From the NCBI GenBank assembly GCA_951406725.2, contig OX597826.1, positions 37,634,001-37,698,000 on the forward strand: DNA of 64,000 nt, read 5' to 3'. Within the stretch, counting starts at the first letter, position 1, and each line of letters opens with the position of its first letter. The notes beneath the pieces were generated by a model. The model was not told the origin of the DNA, ran no database searches, and was given only the letters and a program-made list of their open reading frames with translations. A program made the position numbers and the translations under genes. Of this stretch, positions 14,000 through 27,157 are shown in pieces. Origin of the DNA: Octopus vulgaris. Taxonomy: Eukaryota.

Positions 14000-14345
14000 C
14001 ATAAAGAGCCGGTTTCTAACCTAGATCCAGTGCTCGTTCATTGGAATTTCCACAGCATCAACAGGGTATTCTTGTATGTACATAGGTCTGTATACGTGCG
14101 GGTTTATATATTTTGAGTTTATGTGCGTATTCTTATGCATATAATTGCATATCTAGACATGTTCATATATACTTAAAAGACAAATTTCTAGGAAGTTTTA
14201 CAGATTTTTACGGTTGCAGTGATAGCTTGAATCTGTAGTCTTCGAATCCGCTTTCTCTTTTCTAGCTTTGAGAAGCCTAATTCCTCAAGATTGGTATTTA
14301 GGCAGTGTGTTACATATTCCAATGCGCCAATAATATGTATGTTCT
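14000..14345 (-). mobile_element. RLE-type non-LTR retrotransposon 3' end plus UTR
   Basis: IIGALEYVTHCLNTNLEELGFSK..KRKRIRRLQIQAITATVKICKT resembles the IGALG...L C-terminus of RLE LINEs. Confidence 0.65.
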
Positions 14346-15711
14346 TTTCCGTTTTTTTTTATTATTTAAATTCTCCATCTGCAGCAGTAGCTCCATCGTT
14401 GCAATGTAGATAACAAAATATTGCCATGTTTTAAACTTAAGAAATGTTTCGAATATTTTTAGTGTTCCACTTAAAAATTTTATTTGGTATTTGCATGTCG
14501 CAAACTGGTTGATTTATTTTTCAGTTTATTTATTTTTCTGAAAATCCAGCTTTACCAAGATAATAGATGTATGTATCAAAGTTAACAGTCTCCTTTTAAT
14601 TTCACTTTTCAATGGGTTCTTTTCACCATTCGTGAATTGAACGGCTAAGGATGAATTCCCAGAGTGCAATGTCAGCTTTGATAATACATAACAAGTGTGT
14701 GTGTGCGTGCTTACACTTGCGCATGTGAGTCTGTATGCGTATGTCTGTTTCTACTGTCTTATTGAAACGTACCATCGAATAATATTTTCCTCTAATTGTA
14801 TTAGTCTTCTGTATAACCAGAACCTATATCAATGGAAATGTCGAAGCGATATAACTAATGGACACCCCAATTGTAACACCATACGTCCAAACCAGTTGAT
14901 CCTTCCGTTGTTTTACGAATTAGGGGTAATTGTTAGTGGATACGAAAACTAGTGTTAATGGCGTGATATTGTCATTTGTATTATTGATATCAGTTTACAA
15001 ATATAAGCATTAAAATTAAAGTCGGAGTTATTTGCAAACTTAAGATGAGTTTCAAGAGATAATATTTTTATAGAAAGAAAAACAACTCTGATGTTTGTGG
15101 AGTACATTGAAGCATCTAATTAGGAAACCACACAAATTAATCTCTTACTGGCGGCATTTATCTTTCCTTAATCTTTCTGCTACAACACAAAACTAAGATC
15201 TGTAGCAGACAAAGATAAACTAGGATTTCTCACCGAATTGAGAAACAACTTTTACTATGAATTACTTTTAATGAATACAAACTAGATTTTAAAGAATAGA
15301 TAATTCGGTCAATAGATTAGAAAGTTTTCTTTATTTAAAACCCTTTCACAAACAACATCGTTAGAACGATTTTAAATTCCATGTTTTATGCATTATTTCA
15401 AATCATTTAATGAAAGTTTAAAACCAAGCCACATAACATACACATTTGCTTTCAAATTTTTATAGAATCCCTCTCAGACGATGTCTCCATACATCTGCCG
15501 TAAGATTATTTCTACGAAATTCACCATCCAAAGACTGCAGGATTCCTAGTTTGTAGTGTTTTTTGCTTTTCTCCTACAAATCTACGTCTCTAATTAAAAT
15601 ACATCTCTTAAGCTTCAAACGGCAAGTGCTCCTTATCATTTATCTTCCATGTTATATATATTGTATATATAATTACATATATGTGGTGTATGTGTGTGTA
15701 TGTGTGTGTGT

Positions 15712-15852
15712 ATATTCGAATTTACAGAAAACAAAAGATGAAAGCAGGTGATGAAACAACTAACAGGTGTATTAATATGACACTCAGGAAAAATGGAGAA
15801 GCGTTTGACGTTTCGTGCCTACGCTCTTCGACAGAAAGGGTGGAAAAGAAAA
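15712..15852 (-). mobile_element. Family C Penelope-like repeat with hammerhead-like motif at 15804-15837
   Basis: Reverse complement ttt-CTGTCGA-a-gagc gtag gcac-GAAA-cg-TC-aaa...ttcctgagtg..taatacacctg. Confidence 0.65.
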
Positions 15853-15855
15853 GAA

Positions 15856-15863
15856 TCCCGTCG

Positions 15864-15895
<32 letters not shown>

Positions 15896-16091
15896 TGTGT
15901 GTCTGTGCTTGTCCTCCCATCATCACTTGACAAACGATATTGGTGTGTTTACGTCCCTGTAACTTATCGGTTCGGCGTAAGTACCTATAGAATACGTACT
16001 AGGTTTACAAAGAATAAGTCCTGGAGTCGACCAGTTCGACTAAAAAGTATGGCCGCAGTCAAATGACTGAAACAAGTAAAATAGTAAAAGA
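15856..16091 (+). mobile_element. SINE family A 3' half
   Basis: cccgtcgtatata...cttgacaa...tatggccgcagtcaaatgactgaaacaagtaaa. Confidence 0.85.
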
Positions 16092-16474
16092 ATATATATA
16101 TACAGACACTCACATATACATATGTTTAAGAGGGCGAATTAGTAGAAGGAATAGAGGGCTAGAATGCCTTTCCTCATTTGCCCATCATTCAAATTAGACA
16201 TTCACCTACATACACAGACGAACATCACAAACCCCAACAAACGTACACAAATATATTTGCACACCTCTACACTCATACACCGTAGACATCTCCGCACACC
16301 ACCTTCTGATACCAAAACACGGTTACACTTTTATACGTGCGCACATACAGAACCACACCTTTCTCTTTTCTCAAACTCTTCATAAAACTGCATTCCCACT
16401 GGCTCCTAACCCAATGTCCGATTCTTCTCCTTTCATCCCAATGGCATTTTGTTTCTCGCTCTTCTTTTGCCTTT

Positions 16475-16508
16475 CTTCTGATGAAGGACTAACATCCTAA
16501 ACGTTAAG
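16475..16508 (+). ncRNA. Decayed minimal hammerhead motif
   Basis: ctt-CTGATGA-a-gga ctaaca tcc-TAAA-cg-TT-aag; the G of GAAA is mutated. Confidence 0.5.
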
Positions 16509-16690
16509 TCTTTTCGATTTCGTTAATTGCATTCACAATACATGTGTGAAAATTTTTATTAATAATCTTTGTAATAGGTTTTATAAAGTTTGTCTTTAAA
16601 TGTTTAGCGAAATGTATTATTACCCATGTGGTTTTATCTGGGTCTGCTTTAGTTGAGCATTGATTTGTAGTTAGAATATCATTTTTTCTG

Positions 16691-16745
<55 letters not shown>

Positions 16746-16885
16746 ATGATGCGTGAAACCCGTTCACAATATTCGCTTACCTGATGAGTTCAACAGTATG
16801 GAGGGAGGTATAAGTTTATAAAATTATGAAAGAAAACAATAGTGTCTCGTGAATTCTATTTCATGTGCGTGTGTGTGTGTGTGCG

Positions 16886-16964
<79 letters not shown>

Positions 16965-17235
16965 TGTGTGTGTATGCTGCGTGCGTACGTGTGAGCGTGT
17001 TTCTATGTATGTCTATAGTAAAAATCTTATATTTAAGATCTGAGGTGGAGATGTTGCTTGCACCAACATTTTCTAATAAAGAGATAAGGAATATCGTGCA
17101 TCTTCCTAGCAACGATATGGCACTTCGCCTGTCTTGTCAATGTTATAAACGTCTTCCGTTTCTAACTATATTTTCCAATGTCCACTTTTATATTCAGGAC
17201 ATACAGACATGTATAAGTATCTACGTAGCTATATA

Positions 17236-17302
<67 letters not shown>

Positions 17303-18241
17303 ATACATATACACATATGTATATATATACATATATATATATATATTATAAGGAAGTGTTTGTAAACATAATGTGTATGTATGCATGTACATATGTGCAT
17401 TTATACATATATGTGTCAGTGTGTGATATATATGTGGTGTGAGGAGATAAAGTCAGACAGACAGAGAAAACGGCAAAAATTTCATAGAACGGTAAGAGTA
17501 GGTAAGTAATGAGTCAACATGCACTTTGCGATATGCAGTTTATATTTCGATCAATAGATGCTGTCACTTTGGACATTAATAATCAGTCGAGAGAATTAAT
17601 TTTTTTATATAATTTTTACTATGCTACATGAACTTCCGATATAGCTGGAAATGGAAAATATTTCCAAGACTCTCTGCAGCCAGGAAGCTATGATATATGT
17701 CAATTGGCAAATATTCAAATGTAACATTAATCTATTGTTAATGTTCGGCAGTAAAAAAAAATATACGTCGTTTTATTGTCAGAAATGTCTGCCCATAAGG
17801 TTTGTTAGTTGTAAAAACTAAAAGTATTATTTTCCATTCAATCAGTCCAGTTAAGCATTGATACATGTGATACCATAAAACACTTTTCCCAGTTTTCTGG
17901 AAATATAATTTTCTATTGACAATAATAATTTGTATCTTAAGTGGACGTTTCTGTTTTATATCAAGTCTTGGTCACTTTCCTGACCCTTCCAGATAATAGC
18001 TAGACGCTCAAGATTACTCAATCTTCTGAACGATTAAGTAAAGTCTATTTGTCTCGTCCACTGCTGATACTCTCCACCACATTTAGTACTAAGGGAATTA
18101 TTAGTGGGAGCCATTTTCTTTGAGTGCAAACTTTTTAGAGATTTTAGTTTATATACAGTTCATACGAAATATTGTGCTACAGTTTATAAAAAAGTGGTTA
18201 ACTAAATTGCAAAGACGTAAAAGAGGATGCGTGTGTGTGTA

Positions 18242-18288
<47 letters not shown>

Positions 18289-18307
18289 ATGTTTGCGTGT
18301 TTGTGTG

Positions 18308-18374
18308 TCTTTTACGTTTTATCTTTTTATTGTTTCATTCATTAGACTGCAGCCATACTGGGATACACACACGT

Positions 18375-18412
<38 letters not shown>

Positions 18413-18568
18413 GACGCGTTTCTTCCAGTTTTCGTCTACCAAATCCACTCACAAGGCTTTGGTCGTCCCGAGGCTATTAAAGAAGACACTTGCCGAAGGT
18501 GCCACGTAGTGGCACTGAACTAACAACCATGTGCTTGGGAAGTAAGCTTCTAACCACACAGCCACTCC
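18308..18568 (-). mobile_element. SINE family A, internally deleted
   Basis: Head and tail matches on the reverse strand. Confidence 0.8.
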
Positions 18569-18648
18569 AACATATATATATGTATGTATATCTGTATGTG
18601 TCTGTGTGTAAAAAAAACATACTTGCACATACACACATATACATATAG

Positions 18649-18861
18649 ACGAAGGGGTGCTGAAAAGTTCCTGGCTTTAAGGGTATCTGGAAAAGCCTAG
18701 TTGGAAGCCCAACCCTCTGAGTTCTTTTTTACAGTGCTTAAAATAACTGAAGGACCGCTTCGATAAATGTTTGAATGTGAGAGAGGAATATAGTGAATAA
18801 AATCATAATTAACTGATCCTTATTTTACCCAACGCCACCAAGATTTGAGCGCTACCTCGTA
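18649..18861 (+). mobile_element. mariner-derived MITE
   Basis: Left end acgaaggggtgctgaaaagttcctggc and degenerate right end ...gcgctacctcgta. Internal remnant of the transposase end (LKDRF.KC...GEY.E*). Confidence 0.7.
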
Positions 18862-18878
18862 CATATATGCATATACAT

Positions 18879-19674
18879 GTATTATATTATATTATATTAA
18901 ATTATATTATATTATATTATATTATATTATATCATATTATATTACATTATATATCATATATTATATTATATCATATTATATTATATCATATTATATTATA
19001 TTATATTATATATCATATCATATATTATATTATAGTATATCATATCATATTATACCATACTATATCATAGATCATATTATATTATATTATATATTATATG
19101 TTATGTCATATCATATTATATTATATTATATTATATCATATTATATTATATTGTATTATATCATATTATATTATATTGTATTGTATTATATCATATTATA
19201 TTATATCATAACATATTATATTATATAATCTTATATCATATTATATTATATCATAATATTTTATATCATATATTATATTATATCATATATCATATTATAT
19301 CATAATATATTATATCATATTATATTATATCATATGTTATATTATATAATAGCATATTATATTATATCATATATTATATCATATTATATCATAGTATATC
19401 ATATTATATTACATCATATTATATTGTATTATGTCATATGTTATATTATATTATAGCATATTTTATCATATCATATATTATATCATATTATATCATAGTA
19501 TATCATATTATATAACATCATATTATATTATATTATATCATTATATTATATCATATTATATCATATATTATATGAAATCATATACTATATCATATCATAT
19601 CATATTATATTATAACATATAATATTTTATTATATCATATTATACTATATTATATCATATTATTTTATATTATA
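18879..19674. repeat. Degenerate pentanucleotide satellite (ATATT/ATATC)n, ~800 bp
   Basis: Seen directly. Confidence 0.92.
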
Positions 19675-19675
19675 T

Positions 19676-19791
19676 GCCGGGTTCAGTCCCTATGTGTGGC
19701 ACCTTGGGCAAGTGTCTTCTACTGTAGGCTCGGGCTGACCAAAGGCTTGTGATTGGTTTTGTTAGAGGGAAACTGAAAGAAGCCCGTCGTA

Positions 19792-19828
<37 letters not shown>

Positions 19829-20045
19829 TTGTGTGTATATGTTTGTGTGTTTGTGCTTGTCCCTCTAGCATCGCTTGACAATCGATGCTGGTGTGTTTAC
19901 GTACCCGTAACTTAGCGGTTCAGCGTTAGAGACCGTTAGAATAAGTAGTAGGCTTACAAAGAATAAGTCCTGGAGTCGATTTGCTCTGTTAAAGGTGGAG
20001 CTCCAGCATGGCCGCCGTCAAATAACTGAAATATGTAAAAGAAAA
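19676..20045 (+). mobile_element. SINE family A, 5'-truncated
   Basis: Starts at the B box ccgggttcagtccc; body and tail present. Confidence 0.88.
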
Positions 20046-20357
20046 ACCAAGAAAAAATTGTATATCACAATGTTTTGCAACAATCGTTCCGGCTCTCTAC
20101 ACTCGCTGTCCAAATTCTTCAGAAGTCAACGTTTCCTTTTATTTTTCTGTAATCCATAAAGAATATATCATTATTGTACCTAAGTCAATTCTCCTCTTTC
20201 TTTGTTTATGTTCCTCATTTGAGATGAAGTTTGCTGTGATCCCACCTCGGAAAAGGATTTTATATAATTTTATATAAATGTCATAATTAAAATTAATGTA
20301 AAGACTTATCCCACGATGGAGCAATTACAACACCGTCAACGTGTTGAAGGTCTGAGG

Positions 20358-20553
<196 letters not shown>

Positions 20554-21599
20554 ATGTTTCTTTATTAGCCACACAGGGCTGCACACAGATAGAACAAATT
20601 ACAAGGTAGAGCTTTTCTTTTGAAGGTTTAAAAAAAAAAAAAGGAAGGGGGAGTTTCGATCAAAAGGGATCGTAAAAGGAGAGAAAGAGGACAAAAAAAG
20701 GGGGTTTAAAAAAAAAGGGGGAGAGGAAAAAAAAAAAATTGATCATTAGGGATCGTTATCACAGAAATGTCAATATGAAGTGTAAAGGGGAGGACAGGTG
20801 AGGTTTACCCGTGGAAAGAAAAGCCTACGGAAAAGACCACGGTAACCTCGGTCAATGGAGTCACATGTTATATTTCTTTTTTTTTTTTTTGCAAATAAGC
20901 AACTCTCTGTTTTCAATTTCTGGGTTCATAGGATCATGCTCAAGGTGGCTTCGTCATTCATACGTGCCATTCTTGCTACATTCACCCATCTTTTTTTAAA
21001 ACATTCGCTAGACAAAACTTACCTCTCTACTCTCACTTTCCTTTTCAAGTGGTACTTGAAGAAGTTGATGAGAGATTGACCAGAGAGGAAAGTGTTTGTC
21101 TCCAATCCTTTCAGACGCGTCCACCAGATACATTCTTTCGCCATAGCCACAAGGATGATAAAAATAGCTCTTCCTTCCCGTTTGAAGGAAGGAGGCGTGA
21201 CAATATTGACGATAGACTCAGCTGATAAACCGACTCGTCCCACACGTGACAGCAGTTGTTCGACATAAGCCCACAGGTCGGAAATCGTTGGACACTGCAC
21301 GAGTGCGTGCAGAACGGTTTCGTCGCTCTGACCGCATCTCGGGCAGGTCGGCCCCGTGTTTCTCGAGCCGTGTCTGTAGAGCTTATCCCGAACGGGTAGC
21401 GCTTCTCGGTAGCACTGCCAGGCCAGGGATCTCTGGAAGTTGTCCATGGGCCCTGGCCCGAAAGTCGTCCTGAACAGGCGGGTCAGGTACTCCTCGTCGA
21501 CGTCCAGGTTCGCCCCGAGCTCGTCGTCGTACCTCCCCTCCACTAAACCCCTATAGAATGCTTTGGTTGTGTTGAAGTCACTCAAGGTCGACCCAGGAC
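20554..21599 (-). mobile_element. Young Tx1/L1-clade LINE: ORF2 C-terminus (zf-RVT CCHC) and 3' UTR, cut by the assembly gap
   Basis: LAWQCYREALPVRDKLYRHG...CPRCGQSDETVLHALVQCP...LW. The frame continues past one TAA (21019-21021) to ~20926. AATAAA lies near the end, which abuts (TATC)n. Confidence 0.88.
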
Positions 21600-21699
21600 N
21601 NNNNNNNNNNNNNNNNNNNNNNNNNNNNNNNNNNNNNNNNNNNNNNNNNNNNNNNNNNNNNNNNNNNNNNNNNNNNNNNNNNNNNNNNNNNNNNNNNNN
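21600..21699. other. Assembly gap (100 N)
   Basis: Run of N. Confidence 0.99.
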
Positions 21700-21998
21700 T
21701 GTAGGTGTAATTTCCGTAGATATGAGGAGATGTGTGTTTTCCGTAGATATAAGAAGATATGTGTTTTGGCTGATGAGTACGGGACACTTGTATTTGCTGC
21801 AATATTTGCAGCTTTTAAAAAAGCTGTTCTTCGTATGAAACAATTGTACTGAAAAACTAATCCATTCTTGTTGCTTTTTTCTTATAATCACCCCACGTTA
21901 CTTTACGGTTAATACCATATAGATTTCTGGTGCATCTAAGTTAAGTACCGCATTCATGTGAATTAATTGGAACTCACTTGAATCTTAATTGCTTTTAC

Positions 21999-22002
<4 letters not shown>
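21700..22002 (+). mobile_element. Penelope-like non-autonomous element (family D)
   Basis: Homologous to the reverse complement of 32990-33210 (ataatcacccc, tctggtgcatctaa, taagtacc). Carries an HHR and ends at (TA)n. Confidence 0.7.
21764..21854 (+). ncRNA. Type I hammerhead ribozyme
   Basis: ttttgg-CTGATGA-gtacg...cgtat-GAAA-caattg-TA-ctgaaa. GUA triplet and palindromic stem III. Confidence 0.85.
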
Positions 22003-22060
<58 letters not shown>

Positions 22061-22061
22061 T

Positions 22062-22167
<106 letters not shown>

Positions 22168-23298
22168 TCCTTATATTTATATTTTTGAAATTGTTCTAAT
22201 GCATTTTTAAATTCTTTATAACAAGTGCTGTGTAACATTTTGATTTTGATTTTGATTTTGATCTCATTCTAAACTGAACACTTCTTAGAAATACATTTAT
22301 CTTGAATCATATTTTGATCTAATTATTGGTTATGCGGCAATAAGTATCCAATAGCTGGAACATGTCTACATATTTTCAATGCAATAATTGGTATAATTTT
22401 TAAAGATAGATATGTTGCTTACTTCTCAAAATCTGCCATACCTATCATATCATTCTTCGCGTTTACTTTTCATCAGTTTATTTAAGAAATTAGTTTCTTT
22501 TTCACATTGTACGTATATAATATCTTATATTATAAGTTCCATAACGCCAACGCCGACACTAACATATATTTACTCGTCCATCGACGAAAGCTTGATACAA
22601 TATTATACAATACTGTTACTTCCTTTCCTTTAACTACATTTCTTACTTTTCTCTGAAATTGTTTCCATTCTATGATTTATAATGAATTTTTAATAACAAA
22701 TGTCAAGCATTTACACGATAACAATCTTACAACGTTCTTTTCTAATAAATCTTTATCTCTCCAACCTCTTGATTAAGATATATATAACATCAATTTTCTC
22801 TGACCTCCTTCAGTATTTTTCATAAGGTACGTTTTTTTATATTCACTATATATATTACATATATTTTGTTTTTCTTTCCATTGTCTTCTTGTTTTTATTT
22901 TAATCAGTTATATTTAAAACGAGTAAGTTTTTAGCTCCTCAAAATATTATTTCCCTTCATTTAGGTTTTAAAGTTTAATATGCCACATTATATGAAATTG
23001 AGCAAAGCTAACAACTCTTTTAACGACAATATAAATTCTTTCATCACTTACCTGTTCTATCGATAATTCACCTTTATTTAAATAAAATACGTGTATAAAA
23101 TAGATTATTGAATTATTATATAAAAAAACGTATGCTATTCATTTATAAAGCTTAAAAATATTTTACTTTTATAATTCATATTATTGTACTTTAATATTGT
23201 TCAATATCCATATAAATATACACAAACTTACATATATGTATACACTGAAGCGCATTTATATGGGATACACACACTCACGCAGTCACGCGCACACACAT

Positions 23299-23375
<77 letters not shown>

Positions 23376-24706
23376 GACAGAGACAGAAAGAGGGATATAT
23401 CAATCTATGTATATGTCCCTACTATACACACTTATCTACAAACCTTCTCTCTCTCTCCCTCATCAATATGTGTGTGTGTGTGTGCGAATGTTTACATATG
23501 TGTGTATGTGTATTTGCATTGGTGTTTAGCACCTTATCAGATCCCACTATGATTACCTTTCCATCCGCGAAAATATCGTGTTTTTAATGGCATGCTGGAT
23601 TAGTTTATCGAGAAGATATCTTCCATATTTCCGACTATATACATTGCTAACTTGGTGGGATTTAGCTGTGATTTTTAACAAATCACATGACATGGTTATG
23701 TGGAGGTCATCCACTAGTACAATGTATACAATGTAGGTGAATGTAGACATACACGAAGAAACACAATAACAAGATTTTGTACCAATTGCAATTGAACGCA
23801 CTCTAACGATAACCACGTCCGCCATTTCTCTTGCAGTAACGCAAACTGTACGATTAGCTAAAGCGGGTTCATAACACAAAGCTTACTGACATTTTCGATT
23901 GAATTTCCGACAAAGTTCACTTATCGGTGAAAGGCTATTTTTATTTCAGTCATTGACAGCGACTAATTGTGAAAATGGCTTCACTGCTTCAAATATCGTC
24001 ACTAAGTACTTGTCACGGTATTTTTGTATCTTTTTCAGTCTTTCGTTGCTTTCTCTCCAAATAGTTTATTATCAAAAAGTATTTCCGTGATATTTTGAAA
24101 TATCACATGATATTGTATAAATATATATATATAAATAAACATATACGTGCATTTATGTGAATACACATACATATACATACATTTACATATAATTTTATAC
24201 GTATATGTATGCATATATATAAATATATACACATATATATAAATATATACACATATATATATCAATATATATATATATATATGTATATAGGCACACGCGC
24301 GTATGTATTTTCTCCCAAAACTTATCAAACTTCAAAATAAAACTTTGTGCAGATATATTTATTTATTCAAAAGGTTGTGTAGCTACGTGGGTATGTCTAT
24401 TTATATATATGAGTATTTACATGAAGCTACCTGCGTATAAATATAGCCGCCAATATTTATGTGAACACATAACTTCACACGCGAACTTAAATATGTATAT
24501 GCATACACAACTACACATATACGTGCATATGTATATGTGTGTGTGTGCGCGTGTATGTGTATGTATCTATGTGTATATATATATATAAATATATATATAT
24601 ATCAGCGGTGGTGCCCCAGTATGGCCGCGGCATTCGGGCTAAAACATTTTTAAGGATTTAAGGATTTATACATACATGCATACATATATACATACATATA
24701 TATGTG

Positions 24707-24776
<70 letters not shown>

Positions 24777-24778
<2 letters not shown>

Positions 24779-24975
24779 TAATCCAAACAAGAAAACACAA
24801 AAAAACACAACGCGAGGACGTGGAACAAATAAAGTATTATTGGACGCTCAGGAAAGAAGGGAAGAAGAAGGGTTTAACGTTTCGAGCGGAGCTCTTCGTC
24901 GGAAACATAGGAGAAGGAAAAATCCCGAGAAGGGAAGACAGAGGAAAAAAAATCGCCAGCGGTACTCACGAGGTC
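24777..24975 (-). mobile_element. Family C Penelope-like repeat with hammerhead-like motif at 24872-24906
   Basis: Near copy of 320-515 with the same CCGACGA core. Confidence 0.7.
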
Positions 24976-25087
24976 ATACACACACATATCTGCAAGTATA
25001 TGTATATATATATATGTGTGTGTATATATATATATATATAAGCATGTATGTATTTATGATTGTATGTATGTATGTATGTATGCATAC

Positions 25088-25930
25088 AAGCTAGGTGTCC
25101 CGTCGATGCCGGGTAGTTTTCACAATAGAATGCCTTGGAAGAGTTTCGGATAGCGCACTCACAAAAGCTGGACCTTTTCCGTTTTGACGAGAGTTTTTTT
25201 CTATTTCTCTCCACCACACCCTTGCGAATGATAAGTGGAATACTTCTATGAAAATAAATTTTTGGAAGTTATGAATCCCCTCTCCCTACACCTCGCCCCC
25301 ACTCTTCTTGACCGATCTTATGCAATTCCTTTTTGCAGTACCCACTTAAAAACTTTGGAAGACATCATTTCGCTAAAATTATTTTTTTGTTTTCGAAAAT
25401 CTTTGAATTGTTTCAAACCCTCTCCCCGACTCAGTACCGGTTTTTACCTTTTGTTTTTAGCTCTAAACGATGACTGAAGCCTGGAAGTTTAAAAACATTT
25501 TGAAAATTGCGAACACTATTGCAATCCCCACTGCCTTTATTTTCAACCAGAAAATGAAACGTAGTTTAAAAACAATAGTGAAACTATTTTAATTTATTAA
25601 TTAACACTTCACCACCCACCCCATAAATCCTAAGATTTCGGCTTTTTTACGAAATATTTTTTAATCATAATTCTAAAATACGGTCAGTGCGAATCTGAAA
25701 ATGTGTTTTTTTTTTATAATTAGAATATAATTTTCAGACGAAAATGTGTGATTTATGGTTTCTAGCACATGCCACGATTACCTAGTACCTTTATCATTTC
25801 TTTGTCTTTGAACATTTTCTCCCCATTAACACATTTTATGTAATGCTGATGCGGTGGAACTTAAGTAAGCAACAACAAAAGAAATTTGTAATTTAAATTT
25901 TTAATCCCCCACCCCCTCATAAAGTGAACC
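25088..25930. mobile_element. Possible non-autonomous Helitron-like element
   Basis: Begins with CTAG next to the hairpin cccg-tcgatgc-cggg; non-coding body. The far end is uncertain. Confidence 0.35.
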
Positions 25931-26057
25931 TCTGTGTTTGTGTGTGTGTGCATGCATGTATGCCGGTATGGATGCATGTATGTGCGCGTGGATGTATGTG
26001 CGTATGGATGTATGTATGTGTGTGCATGTGTAAGTGAGAAAAATCATATTTACTAAC

Positions 26058-26175
26058 AGAGTCGACCTTGCCTTTCATCTTTTCGAGGTCGACAAGATAA
26101 GTACCAGCTGAGCAATGTAATCGACGTAATCCCTCTCAAGCACTTGAGGCTTTGTACCTATTGTGGAAAGGGTTA
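26058..26175 (+). mobile_element. SINE family B body
   Basis: gtcgaccttgcctttcatcttttcgaggtcga...aagtaccag...gtaatcgac. Confidence 0.75.
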
Positions 26176-26567
26176 TTTATTTAAAATAGATTGAACAACA
26201 ATACTGATGAGGTCGGAAGATCAAAACCTGTTCAAGGTTGTCCACGGCGCATAGTTTTCTATCTTAAATACGTAAATTATTTTTTCTGAAATGAACTGTA
26301 AATTTCATTGTCCTTTAAACTGTCTCAGGGATGCCGTTAGGTTTGCTTTTATACATTTCACAGCTTGGAGATAAATTTCATCAGAGAAGAAAAAAGGAAA
26401 TCTATTTTCTTGAGAAATGTCCGTAAAAAAGGAAAGGCATAGGTACAAGTACTTATACACACACCAAACATACAACACACTCCCATTAATATAGATTGAT
26501 TGATACATGGATATATAGGTAAATATAGGTAGATACATAGATTAGAGTTGGCTGCATTGGTGGGTAG

Positions 26568-26705
<138 letters not shown>

Positions 26706-26889
26706 GTGTGGATATGTTTTTCAGTGCGCGCAAATATGTGTCTACGTTTGAATATTTACAAAATGCATACTCACACTCCGATCCAAACACACTCACAGAC
26801 GTATATACACAAGCATGCATCTGTGTGTGTGTGTATGTACACATTGATATAAACTATATGTTTGCATGTATAGATAGATAGAGATTGAT

Positions 26890-26939
<50 letters not shown>

Positions 26940-26959
26940 CACATATATATACACACACT

Positions 26960-27005
<46 letters not shown>

Positions 27006-27106
27006 CATATACATACACACACACGTATACACATATATGAATATTACAGATATAACTACATACATATATTATAAGCATAGAAATCAATCTGTCTATAAAT
27101 AAATAA

Positions 27107-27157
<51 letters not shown>

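Noticed and set aside
21019-21891. 290-aa ORF as a single gene
   Set aside because: It spans the N gap. Only 21019-21599 is LINE ORF2; the part beyond the gap is an unrelated hammerhead element.
26345-26390. CUGAUGA...GAAA on the minus strand
   Set aside because: No stem II pairing.
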